DNA of 64,000 bases, taken from the NCBI GenBank assembly GCA_902609415.1, contig CACLRR010000004.1:20643-84642 (forward strand), written 5' to 3'. Shown one piece after another: positions 1-8,551 of this stretch (its first letter is position 1; every line of letters begins with the position of its first letter). Source of the DNA: an uncultured Chlamydiae bacterium. GTDB lineage: Bacteria; Chlamydiota; Chlamydiia; Chlamydiales; CACLRR01. The notes below the pieces were generated by a model, which made no database searches, was not told where the DNA came from, and saw only the letters and a program-made list of their open reading frames with translations. The translations under genes were made by a program, and so were the position numbers.

Positions 1-993
1 GATAATCAAACAGTTAACAGCATTGGTCTAGAGTTAATGTTTTGTAACACCTACCATCTACTACTTCAGCCGGGCACAAAAGTGATTAAGGACGCAGGGG
101 GGCTACACAATTTCATTCAGCGTGATATGCCCATCATCACAGACTCAGGGGGATTCCAGGTGTTTAGCCTAGCCTACGGCTCTGTTGCTTCTGAGCTCAA
201 AAGTCAAGGGACAAAAAGCAATAAGAATAGTGTAGTAAAGATATCTGAAGAAGGGGTTCTCTTTCAGTCCTATATTAATGGCTCGAAGGTTCTCCTTACC
301 CCTGAAAGCTCTATCCAAGCCCAAAAAGACCTTGGTGCTGATATCATCATACCATTTGATGAGCTCCCCCCCTACCATATCGACAAAAAAGCTTTAGAAC
401 GTTCACTTGATCGAACACATAGGTGGGAGAAACGCTCACTTGATACTCACATAAAAAATCCACAGGGACAAGCGATCTATTCTGTCATTCATGGAGGTAT
501 TCATGATGATCTTCGTGCTAAAAGCTGCAAGTATCTCACAAACCTTCCATTTGATGGGTATGCTATTGGCGGGAGTATGGGAAAAAATAAGCAAGAGATG
601 CACACAATGCTCGCAAACCTCCTTCCTCAAATACCTCCAGAAAAGCCAAACCACTTATTAGGTATAGCAGATTTAGATTCCTTAAAAGCAAACATACCCC
701 TAGGCATTGACACTTTTGATAGCTCCTATCCTACAAGAGCTGCGAGGCATGGAACACTTTTTACTAAACGGGGTGATATTAAAATTAGATCTGGTAAATA
801 TTCGTCTATCCATAAACCGATAGAGGAAAAATGCCGATGTGCTACCTGCCAACTCTATACCCTTTCCTATCTCAATCATCTTTTTAAGGCTAAAGAAATG
901 ACAGCACTGGTCTTAGCATCAATTCATAATTTACATTTTATGGTTAACCATATGAAAGAGACGCGAAATGAGATTTTAATGAATAATATATAG
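1..993 (+). CDS. tgt: queuine tRNA-ribosyltransferase, 5' end cut by window edge
   Basis: Frame 1 is open from nt 1. Translation has Tgt hallmarks: CNTYHL, ITDSGGFQVFSL, and the zinc site CRCATC...H near the C-terminus. Confidence 0.9.
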   Translation, partial: DNQTVNSIGLELMFCNTYHLLLQPGTKVIKDAGGLHNFIQRDMPIITDSGGFQVFSLAYGSVASELKSQGTKSNKNSVVKISEEGVLFQSYINGSKVLLTPESSIQAQKDLGADIIIPFDELPPYHIDKKALERSLDRTHRWEKRSLDTHIKNPQGQAIYSVIHGGIHDDLRAKSCKYLTNLPFDGYAIGGSMGKNKQEMHTMLANLLPQIPPEKPNHLLGIADLDSLKANIPLGIDTFDSSYPTRAARHGTLFTKRGDIKIRSGKYSSIHKPIEEKCRCATCQLYTLSYLNHLFKAKEMTALVLASIHNLHFMVNHMKETRNEILMNNI

Positions 994-1014
994 CCTCCAT
1001 GCTACACTTTATCC

Positions 1015-1962
1015 ATGGTTCTAATCATTCTTCTATATAGTGTTTGGTCACTAGCTTTTCCATTCGGCAAATGGCTGCTCCAATACAGCTCCCCTATATT
1101 TATCACATCGATAAGAATGATCCTTGCAGGAGTGTTACTTCTATCATACATCTATCTAAGAAAAAAGGTACCTAGGAAGAAACTATCAACAAGAGCATGG
1201 TTTTCTATATTAGCTCTTGGATTTTTCTCTATCTATCTCACAAATATTTTTGAATTTTGGAGCCTACAGCACCTTACTGCTTCCAAAACATGTTTTATCT
1301 ATAGCCTTTGCCCATTTTTTACAATATTGCTCTCTTATATTCATTTTAAAGAAAAAATGACGAGAGCTAAATGGACAGGAGTAATCATTGGCTTTCTTGG
1401 ATTCATACCAACAATTATGGAGAAGGGAGAAGGAGAGTCTCTATTAGGCACATTATTTGTATTCTCCTGGCCTGAGATTACCATGATCCTAGCAGCCTTT
1501 TTCTCTGTATATGGCTGGATTATCTTACGAATCATCGTAAAAGACGAAGATCTATCACCTGTTTTTGCAAATGGCATGAGCATGTTAATTGGTGGACTCC
1601 TAGCTCTTGGTACATCATTTATTTTTGATACATGGACTCCAATACCCATGGATCTAAATCACACCTCAAAAATTCTACAAATGATTTTAATTTTTACCAT
1701 CATATCAAATATTTTGTGTTACAACCTCTACGGGTATTTATTAAAAAAATATACAGCTACTCTACTATCATTCTTTGGTTTGCTATCACCCATATTCACA
1801 TCTATTCATAGTTTAATCTGGCTTGGTGAAGTACCTTCCTATTCAATTTTTCTTTCAACAATGATCGTCTCTCTTGGTTTATGGATTGTATATAAGGAAG
1901 AGCTGAGACAAGGATACATCAACAAAGAAATTGAAACAGGTAATTCCGATATAAATAATTAA
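1015..1962 (+). CDS. EamA/DMT-family transporter
   Basis: 315 aa, about 10 hydrophobic helices arranged as two similar halves, typical of the drug/metabolite transporter superfamily. Confidence 0.6.
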   Translation: MVLIILLYSVWSLAFPFGKWLLQYSSPIFITSIRMILAGVLLLSYIYLRKKVPRKKLSTRAWFSILALGFFSIYLTNIFEFWSLQHLTASKTCFIYSLCPFFTILLSYIHFKEKMTRAKWTGVIIGFLGFIPTIMEKGEGESLLGTLFVFSWPEITMILAAFFSVYGWIILRIIVKDEDLSPVFANGMSMLIGGLLALGTSFIFDTWTPIPMDLNHTSKILQMILIFTIISNILCYNLYGYLLKKYTATLLSFFGLLSPIFTSIHSLIWLGEVPSYSIFLSTMIVSLGLWIVYKEELRQGYINKEIETGNSDINN

Positions 1963-1999
1963 TAGTTATATCTTTAATTAATTATCTTAATCTTAAATA

Positions 2000-2008
2000 T
2001 GGTATAAT
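2000..2008 (+). promoter_or_regulatory. extended -10 element TGgTATAAT upstream of the orphan at 2034
   Basis: TGGTATAAT read directly at 2000-2008. GAGGA SD at 2026-2030 and ATG at 2034. Confidence 0.4.
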
Positions 2009-2033
2009 TGTATCAAAATTAAGATGAGGATTT

Positions 2034-2465
2034 ATGGATAATGCAACTCAATTTCCAGATATTATAAATGAGGGTGTTAAAGAAGGCCTTCAACAATTAA
2101 CTGCCTCTCTACCAATTCCAATTGCACTTAGAGTGGTACTTGTAATTCAAGAAGTTGCTACTCGTATTTTACATTTTATAGGGCTTATTGATGATGATTC
2201 ACTAGAAGAGATACATACCTCAAAAACTGAATTTTTTGGAAAGCATGCAAATAGTTTATGGGGTGACAGGATTACAATAAGTAAAGGCGATTCAGGAAAA
2301 GAGTATAATAAAAAGATTATAAATAAAACAATATTGATAACACTTCAATTATTATCTTTAATAGCAATGCATCAAGTGCTCGGAATACTTAACCCACCTC
2401 CGACTCAAAATACAATTATCCTAAGAGCAAGTGATCAAGACTTTTTTAATGCTGGGTTTAATTAG
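2034..2465 (+). CDS. hypothetical protein (orphan, two hydrophobic segments)
   Basis: 143-aa ORF with SD GAGGA 4 nt upstream of the ATG. No motif I recognise. Confidence 0.5.
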   Translation: MDNATQFPDIINEGVKEGLQQLTASLPIPIALRVVLVIQEVATRILHFIGLIDDDSLEEIHTSKTEFFGKHANSLWGDRITISKGDSGKEYNKKIINKTILITLQLLSLIAMHQVLGILNPPPTQNTIILRASDQDFFNAGFN

Positions 2466-2522
2466 CGAATAATTGTAAAATTAATGGCGTAAAATAAATA
2501 AAATAAACTCGTAGGAGAAACT

Positions 2523-3419
2523 ATGTCTTTTATGCCAACACAACATATACAAACCGCTTTTAATTATGCAGCACCTGCTCTGAATTTAGTAGCACCTGCT
2601 GTAAGCACAACAATAAAAACAGCACCTGCTCTTTTACAACTTACCTTGGTAGGAGGAGTTGCATCGAGTGCCCTTGAATTATTTGCACGCTCAGCAGAAT
2701 ATACAGCTTCAAAACTTTCAGGTGGACTACTAGATCGTCAAATAGAAAACTTAGGACGTTCAATGCGCCAAATGGGATTTCGAGTGCCGATGTTTAGGGA
2801 TCGTGGGGAGGACCATCATATACCTACCCATCAGATAGTAGATAATCTAATTAAAAACCTTGCGAGGCTTATTTTACTAAATACAGTGATGCACAGATTT
2901 CTTCCTGAAACACCAAGAATTATAGAAAAATTTTCACAATTTCTTGGAGTTAATATAAACTATAGAAGTTATACAGAGTACTCCTCTGATGGAGTCGCTT
3001 CATACAGAGGAGCAAAAGCATTAGTTGTGGCTGGTGCTGCCGCAGCTACTCAATATGGATCAATTATTGGCAAATCTCTCTCAGCTGCCGCTATCGTAGT
3101 ATCAAGAAATGTCTCTGCTGCCGCTATCGTAGTATTCAATAAACTCTCTATTGCTGCTGTAGTATTATCAAGAAAGGCAGGTACCGCAGCTATTGTAGTA
3201 TCAAGAAATGTCTCTGCTGCCGCTATCGTAGTATTCAATAAACTCTCTATTGCTGCTAGTGCAATATCAAATAAGGCCGCTATTGTAACAGATGCTGCTG
3301 TTAGAAATTTCTCTATTGCTGTTGATGCATTATCAAGAAATGTCTCTAGTGGTGCTAATGTAATATCAGAAAAGATATCTCAGGCATCATCTGCCATTAG
3401 TGCGCGCGTGTTTGTATAA
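2523..3419 (+). CDS. hypothetical protein with C-terminal 10 x 11-residue repeats
   Basis: 298-aa ORF. AGGAGA SD 5 nt before the ATG. The C-terminal 110 aa are 11-mers of type S-A-A-A-I-V-V-S-R-N-V. Confidence 0.65.
   Translation: MSFMPTQHIQTAFNYAAPALNLVAPAVSTTIKTAPALLQLTLVGGVASSALELFARSAEYTASKLSGGLLDRQIENLGRSMRQMGFRVPMFRDRGEDHHIPTHQIVDNLIKNLARLILLNTVMHRFLPETPRIIEKFSQFLGVNINYRSYTEYSSDGVASYRGAKALVVAGAAAATQYGSIIGKSLSAAAIVVSRNVSAAAIVVFNKLSIAAVVLSRKAGTAAIVVSRNVSAAAIVVFNKLSIAASAISNKAAIVTDAAVRNFSIAVDALSRNVSSGANVISEKISQASSAISARVFV
3081..3410 (+). repeat. coding tandem repeat, 33-nt period (10 units), including an exact 63-bp duplication (3096-3158 = 3195-3257)
   Basis: Read directly. The repeats stay in frame through to 2 codons before the stop. 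Confidence 0.9.
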
Positions 3420-3469
3420 ACACAACAATAATAATCTTTAGGTGGGGCTGTAATCTAACCCCACTTATA

Positions 3470-3685
3470 GTGGGTATAATTTCTCGAGTTTCAATGGCTA
3501 TTTTACTTAATGAAACTGCGCGTATCTTTTCTTCCACTCCAACGCCTATGGACAAAATCTTTGATATTGTCGGCGCTCATTTTCTCAAAAAGAGTAGCAA
3601 TGTTTATTTTGAACTAGCAAAAACAGCAGTTATAGGCGGTGTTCTCGTTCCTCAAATGTGCGCGAGTCTGGGTAACCAGATCTAG
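3470..3685 (+). CDS. hypothetical small protein (weak call)
   Basis: 71-aa ORF from GTG (an in-frame ATG at 3494 gives 63 aa). No clear SD. Confidence 0.25.
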   Translation: MGIISRVSMAILLNETARIFSSTPTPMDKIFDIVGAHFLKKSSNVYFELAKTAVIGGVLVPQMCASLGNQI

Positions 3686-3724
3686 AAAACAGGCAAAACT
3701 AAATAACGATAATAGACTGAATAG

Positions 3725-4300
3725 CTACCCCATTTTTTTTTGATTAGTGATCACAATTAAGTAGTCAATAAAAGGTTTGAATGCACGCCTATCATTTTTC
3801 TTTGTAGCAAGTCGTATAGATTTATGCATACGTTTTGAAAGCTCACTATGATTAATTCCTACCTGCCTTGAAAAAAGAGGCAACCTCTCCTTAAGAGCTC
3901 CAGATTGATGCTGAATCATCATATTTTTTTGCATCCCCTCAATAAAATGATTATACTTTAGACTACTCCTTTGGATCGTTAGCATACATCTTGAGAGATA
4001 TGGATCAGAAAAAATAACTGCAAGAAACTCTAGAGGTGGAATGTGGCTTATCTCCTTTCCAACTCTCTTTAGGGAGCCTTGCTTAAAGGCTAGACCAAAG
4101 ACGCCAGTATTTGCCATTGTATCAATAAGATAGTAAATTTTTTTTTGTTCAGAGGGAGGAATATCAGCTATAAAGGTTAAAGAATTTCCTGGCTTATTAG
4201 AAATTTTTGGATAAACATATAGAGACAAGGAAACAATGACCCCTAAAAGTAATGAAGAGAAAAAAACTATATTAAATTTTGATTTGATTTTCATTGTCAT
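3725..4300 (-). CDS. hypothetical membrane-anchored protein
   Basis: 191 aa. N-terminal TM/signal anchor (FNIVFFSSLLLGVIVSLSLYVY). No recognisable domain. Confidence 0.55.
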   Translation of the reverse strand: MTMKIKSKFNIVFFSSLLLGVIVSLSLYVYPKISNKPGNSLTFIADIPPSEQKKIYYLIDTMANTGVFGLAFKQGSLKRVGKEISHIPPLEFLAVIFSDPYLSRCMLTIQRSSLKYNHFIEGMQKNMMIQHQSGALKERLPLFSRQVGINHSELSKRMHKSIRLATKKNDRRAFKPFIDYLIVITNQKKMG

Positions 4301-4364
4301 TATAATTCTTCTATATAAAAGAATTATTACAAAAATACTTTATTATCAATCAATAAAAGTGAAA

Positions 4365-4438
4365 TGGGCTTAGGTAGACTCGAACTACCGACCTCTACAT
4401 TATCAGTGTAGCGCTCTAACCAACTGAGCTATAAGCCC
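4365..4438 (-). tRNA. tRNA-Ile (anticodon GAU)
   Basis: Folded by hand: acceptor GGGCTTA/TAAGCCC, D stem GCTC/GAGC, anticodon stem CTACA/TGTAG with loop CTGATAA, T arm GGTAG-TTCGAGT-CTACC. No encoded CCA. Confidence 0.95.
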
Positions 4439-4504
4439 ATTTTTGATAATTTGATAAAAAAACTGTCTTGTTTCTTATACAAAACAAGACAGTCTAAACC
4501 TCTA

Positions 4505-4578
4505 TGGAGACTAAGGGAGTCGAACCCTTGACCTCCTGCGTGCAAGGCAGGCGCTCTAGCCAGCTGAGCTAAGTCCCC
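4505..4578 (-). tRNA. tRNA-Ala (anticodon UGC)
   Basis: Acceptor GGGGACT/AGTCTCC includes the G3:U70 alanine identity pair. Anticodon loop CTTGCAC. T arm AAGGG-TTCGACT-CCCTT. Confidence 0.95.
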
Positions 4579-4711
4579 ATAGGACATGTCTGACTTAGAC
4601 ATCTTATCAAAAATGATGAGACTATGCTAGCAAAATCAATATTTTCCTACAAGTACTTCTCCCTAAATATTTACGCTTTTTTTTTTCTATATTAGACACT
4701 ATACTTGTAGT

Positions 4712-6115
4712 ATGGATAAGAATACTACTGGATCAGTTAAGCAACTATGGAAAGTCTCTTTTCCAATGATGATCAACTACCTCTCCATGACAGGTATGCT
4801 TTTTGCAGATAGACTTTTCCTATCTTGGCACTCCACAAACTCCCTAAATGCCTCCGTTGAAGCTGGCACATTTGCCTGGGCATTTATCGTTGCTATCATA
4901 ACTCTTGCTGCAATGAGCGAAGTATTTGTTGCTCAATTTAATGGCGCAAAAAAATACCATTTACTCGGTAAAGCCACCTGGCAAATGATACATTTTTCTC
5001 TAATTTCTGCCCTATTCTTCTATCCTATAGCAATTTACGGGACCTCCCTCTTCTTTACAGAAGGATCTCTTCAATGGATCTACTTTAGAATGCTTCTACT
5101 TTTTGGCCCCCTCTATGCACTTATATCAGCCTTTGGTGGTTTTTATACTGGTCAGGGTAAGACTAAGGTAATGCAATGGCTTGGCCTCATTGGTAATGCA
5201 GTCAACGTCATACTTGATCCCATCCTAATCTTCGGCATTGATGGTTTTGTGCCTTCCATGGGAATTCAAGGAGCTGCGATTGCCACTGGAATTGGAACAG
5301 CTGTTCAAGTAGTCATTATTGCAACAATGTTCTTTAGAAGAAAAAATCGAAACCAGTTTAAAACTCACTTAATTAGTTTTGACAAAAAGCTATTCTTTAG
5401 CACTCTCAGAATAGGTCTTCCACCTGCAATATTTGTAGCCTTAGAACTGACTGCATGGGCTGCCTTCTATCATATGATGGCAATGATATCTCCTGTTCAT
5501 ATCCTAGTTGCAAGTCTTCTTCAAAGCTCACTTATTCTATTTCTCTTTTTTGGCATGGGTGTTGAAAAAGGCGCTATTGCTCTTGCAGGTAATTTTATTG
5601 GGGCAAAAGAAACACACAAAATAAAAGAGACAATCATTTCTGGATTCAAGCTATGTGCCTACTATTCCATCTTTATGGCCTGCATCTTTCTTCTCTTTCC
5701 AGACCTTCTTATGAATTTCTTTCTAAAATCTGATGCAATATCAAATGAGATCACAGATCTATCCCTTGTGCGAAATCTTACCCGCATCGGATTCATCTTT
5801 ATTATCTTTCATATCACCTTCGAAAACCTACGTTGGGTTATTGCTGGTATTCTCACTGCTGCAGGTGATACGCTATTCCTAATGATTACAGGTGCTATCA
5901 CCCTAGTTCTACTTCTGATCATCCCTACCTATTTCCTTGTTGTTATACCAAAAGCCTCCATGCTGATTACATTTATTATCTGGGTCATCTACTCGTTTAC
6001 AACCGCACTTATCTTCTATTTCCGATACCTTACAGGAGCCTGGAAAAAGAAGAAGATTATCTCAAAATCAAAAACATCTACTCTACAAAGCTCTCTTTCA
6101 ACTGAGAAGAATTAG
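4712..6115 (+). CDS. MATE-family efflux transporter
   Basis: 467 aa, 12 TM. N-terminus (LWKVSFPMMINYLSMTGMLFADRLFLS) and two-lobe organisation are typical of the MATE/NorM family. Confidence 0.7.
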   Translation: MDKNTTGSVKQLWKVSFPMMINYLSMTGMLFADRLFLSWHSTNSLNASVEAGTFAWAFIVAIITLAAMSEVFVAQFNGAKKYHLLGKATWQMIHFSLISALFFYPIAIYGTSLFFTEGSLQWIYFRMLLLFGPLYALISAFGGFYTGQGKTKVMQWLGLIGNAVNVILDPILIFGIDGFVPSMGIQGAAIATGIGTAVQVVIIATMFFRRKNRNQFKTHLISFDKKLFFSTLRIGLPPAIFVALELTAWAAFYHMMAMISPVHILVASLLQSSLILFLFFGMGVEKGAIALAGNFIGAKETHKIKETIISGFKLCAYYSIFMACIFLLFPDLLMNFFLKSDAISNEITDLSLVRNLTRIGFIFIIFHITFENLRWVIAGILTAAGDTLFLMITGAITLVLLLIIPTYFLVVIPKASMLITFIIWVIYSFTTALIFYFRYLTGAWKKKKIISKSKTSTLQSSLSTEKN

Positions 6116-6794
6116 ACTTTTTTACTACGCGAAATGGGATATAGAGAATAAAGCTAAAGAGAAGTGAAAGAAGAATCCAAAAACCTATATAATGTGGCCA
6201 AGGTCCTATATTAAAAGGATTATCTATAGGTGGCCTGCTATTTATATATAGGTAATTAGCATTAAACATCTTATTAAAAAACCACATAGGAACTAATGAT
6301 ACTGAAAAGATCATCGGAATCCTAAGCCAGGAAAGCGCCCTAGGTCTTTCATTTAATAAAAATGTGGCATAGAGGGCTATAAAAATAGTAAGACCATGAT
6401 CAATAAAATACTCATAAAAAACATACCCTTCAAATCCATGTGAAAAACCAGGCGTCAAGAGTGCTTGAAAGGGTCCCAGTATACCCAGATAAAAAATCAT
6501 CTCATATAGAAGTTTCGAATAAGTAAATAAATATAATCCAGCACATAATGCCATTATATTGCATAGATGAAGAGGCAAGGAATTACCTATAATCCAGGTG
6601 CCCTGATAAAATGTAACCAACTGAAAAAGAAATGTATCAAAAATTAAAAAACCTCCAATCCAGCGGCCAATTACTCTCCTATTTCTATCGCCAAAAAAGC
6701 TTAGTAATAGTAATCCTGAAAGAATTGCAAAGAGTGTAAAAAAACTACATTTCCACCACAAGGGGGAAAACATTTCAATATAATGATTTTCCAT
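6078..6794 (-). CDS. integral membrane protein, YwaF/TIGR02206-like
   Basis: 238 aa, about 7 TM. The PLHLCNI motif is as I remember for the YwaF/TMEM164 family. Assignment is from memory only. Confidence 0.45.
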   Translation of the reverse strand: MENHYIEMFSPLWWKCSFFTLFAILSGLLLLSFFGDRNRRVIGRWIGGFLIFDTFLFQLVTFYQGTWIIGNSLPLHLCNIMALCAGLYLFTYSKLLYEMIFYLGILGPFQALLTPGFSHGFEGYVFYEYFIDHGLTIFIALYATFLLNERPRALSWLRIPMIFSVSLVPMWFFNKMFNANYLYINSRPPIDNPFNIGPWPHYIGFWILLSLLFSFILYIPFRVVKKSNSSQLKESFVE

Positions 6795-6895
6795 ATAATT
6801 TATTTTTATTATGTATTAATTATAATATATTTGAATTTTAACTAATTATCAATATATTATTGCCTTTTAAATAATCATATTATAGTAGACTAATT

Positions 6896-8551
6896 ATGAG
6901 CTCTCATTGCCTAGGAAAAAAAAAGAAAATCGTCATTCTTGGCGGTGGATTTGGCGGTATCTATACTGCAAAACACCTTGAAAAGCTATTTTCTAAAGAA
7001 TTGTGCCATTTTGAAATTATCCTGGTAAATAAGTATAACTACTTCACCTACCAGCCGATGCTTGCTGAAGTAATTGGTGGATCTCTCGGTATTTACGATT
7101 CTATCAGCTCAATAAGATCACTTCTCAAAAAAACAACCATCTATATTCGCTCCATCTCAAAAATAGATGTAGAGAATAAGAAAATAACACTCTCTCCTAA
7201 TTTCGAGCATACAGACCTAACGATTGAATATGATGCTCTTGTCATTGCAATAGGCACTGTTACAGACTTTAACAACTGCCCTTCAGGAATTAAAGAACAT
7301 AGCCTTGGATTTAAATCTCTCCAGGATGCAATACAGATAAAAAACCGTATCATCGATATTATTGAAACAGCCGCTACTGAAGAGTCTCCTAAGCGCCGTA
7401 AGGAACTTTTGACATTTGTTGTAGGAGGTGGAGGCTTTTCCGGCACAGAAATTGTTGCTGAAATCAATGACTTCTGTAGAAAAATGATCAAGCGTTACAC
7501 GTCAATTTCACAGGAGGACCTAAGAGTAGTCCTTGTACATAAAAATGAGCACTTAATGGATAAGGAGCTAAGCCCAAGTCTTAGTAAGTACACAGAAAAA
7601 TTACTTAGAAAAAGAGGCATTGAACTTCGTTTAAATCAATCACTTGAATCTGCAACACCCTTTTCAGCAATTTTAAATAACAAAGAAATCATTCCTACAA
7701 GAACAGTTATTTCTACAGTTCCAAGTAATAAGAATCCTCTTCTTGAAGGTCTACCCTTCACCTTTCTTTACAACCGCATTATGACAAATGAAACACTTCA
7801 GGTTCAAGGGTTTACAGATATATGGGCAGTCGGAGATGTAGCAGCAATTCCCTCTCCAAAAAGCAAGAGAATTATCAACCCACCAACAGCACAATTTGCT
7901 GTAAGAGAAGCCAAGGTTGTAGCAAAAAACATCTATAATTCATATAAAAACATCCCACCAATCTCATTTTCATTTAAGGGGCTGGGAAGCATGGCCTCTC
8001 TTGGATACCACAATGCAGTCGTTCAACTCTTTGGTCATATTAAATTGTCCGGTTTTTTTGCATGGCTCCTTTGGAGAGCAGTCTACTTATTTAAACTACC
8101 TGGGGCCTCAAGGAAAACCAATGTATTCCTTACATGGACTCTTAAGCTTCTCCTACCTCAAGAGCCTGTACAACTTAAGGCAGAAAAGGTTAGGGGGATT
8201 GAACACCTTCATTTTAATAAAGGTGAGATCATCTTTAATAAGGGCGATATTGGTGACTATCTATATATCATAACAAAAGGCTCCGTAGCTGTACTAAAAG
8301 ACCCTAACAGTCAGGAATCCATAGCTACACTTGGTCCTGGAGACTATTTTGGTGAAATGGCTTTGCTAAGTCACACAAGAAGAAATGCGACGATTCAATG
8401 TCTAGAGCAATGTGATATTGTAAGTTTAAGAACAGAAGACTTCCATGTTTTAATTGACCATCTTCCTATTCTTAAGAAGGAACTTGAAGGTACAAAACAA
8501 AAAAGAATAAATGACAATGTTAGACAACTAGAAAAACGTTTCAAAAAATAG
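6896..8551 (+). CDS. ndh: type II NADH:quinone oxidoreductase (NDH-2) fused to a C-terminal cyclic-nucleotide-binding domain
   Basis: Two Rossmann motifs (ILGGGFGG at residues 14-21, VVGGGGFSG at 175-183). Residues ~432-525 carry the CAP-type cNMP signature FNKGDIGDYLYIITKGSVAV...GPGDYFGEMALL...RRNATI. Confidence 0.8.
   Translation: MSSHCLGKKKKIVILGGGFGGIYTAKHLEKLFSKELCHFEIILVNKYNYFTYQPMLAEVIGGSLGIYDSISSIRSLLKKTTIYIRSISKIDVENKKITLSPNFEHTDLTIEYDALVIAIGTVTDFNNCPSGIKEHSLGFKSLQDAIQIKNRIIDIIETAATEESPKRRKELLTFVVGGGGFSGTEIVAEINDFCRKMIKRYTSISQEDLRVVLVHKNEHLMDKELSPSLSKYTEKLLRKRGIELRLNQSLESATPFSAILNNKEIIPTRTVISTVPSNKNPLLEGLPFTFLYNRIMTNETLQVQGFTDIWAVGDVAAIPSPKSKRIINPPTAQFAVREAKVVAKNIYNSYKNIPPISFSFKGLGSMASLGYHNAVVQLFGHIKLSGFFAWLLWRAVYLFKLPGASRKTNVFLTWTLKLLLPQEPVQLKAEKVRGIEHLHFNKGEIIFNKGDIGDYLYIITKGSVAVLKDPNSQESIATLGPGDYFGEMALLSHTRRNATIQCLEQCDIVSLRTEDFHVLIDHLPILKKELEGTKQKRINDNVRQLEKRFKK

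Noticed and set aside
3081-3410. Regular 33-nt periodic repeats that could superficially suggest a CRISPR-like array.
   Set aside because: There are no unique spacers. The units are contiguous, in frame and inside a well-supported ORF, and no cas genes are present. This is a protein-coding tandem repeat.
3441-3465. Hairpin GGTGGGG-(11 nt)-CCCCACT after the 11-mer-repeat gene, considered as a terminator.
   Set aside because: The loop is large and there is no following T-run. It is too weak to call.
4677-4687. T11 tract between the tRNA pair and the MATE gene. Also in-frame A9 tracts at 6916-6924 (ndh) and 11993-12001, considered as phase-variation switches.
   Set aside because: Homopolymers of this length are frequent in this AT-rich sequence, and these leave the genes intact. 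Only the A9 at 30290, which coincides with a broken frame, was kept as a finding.
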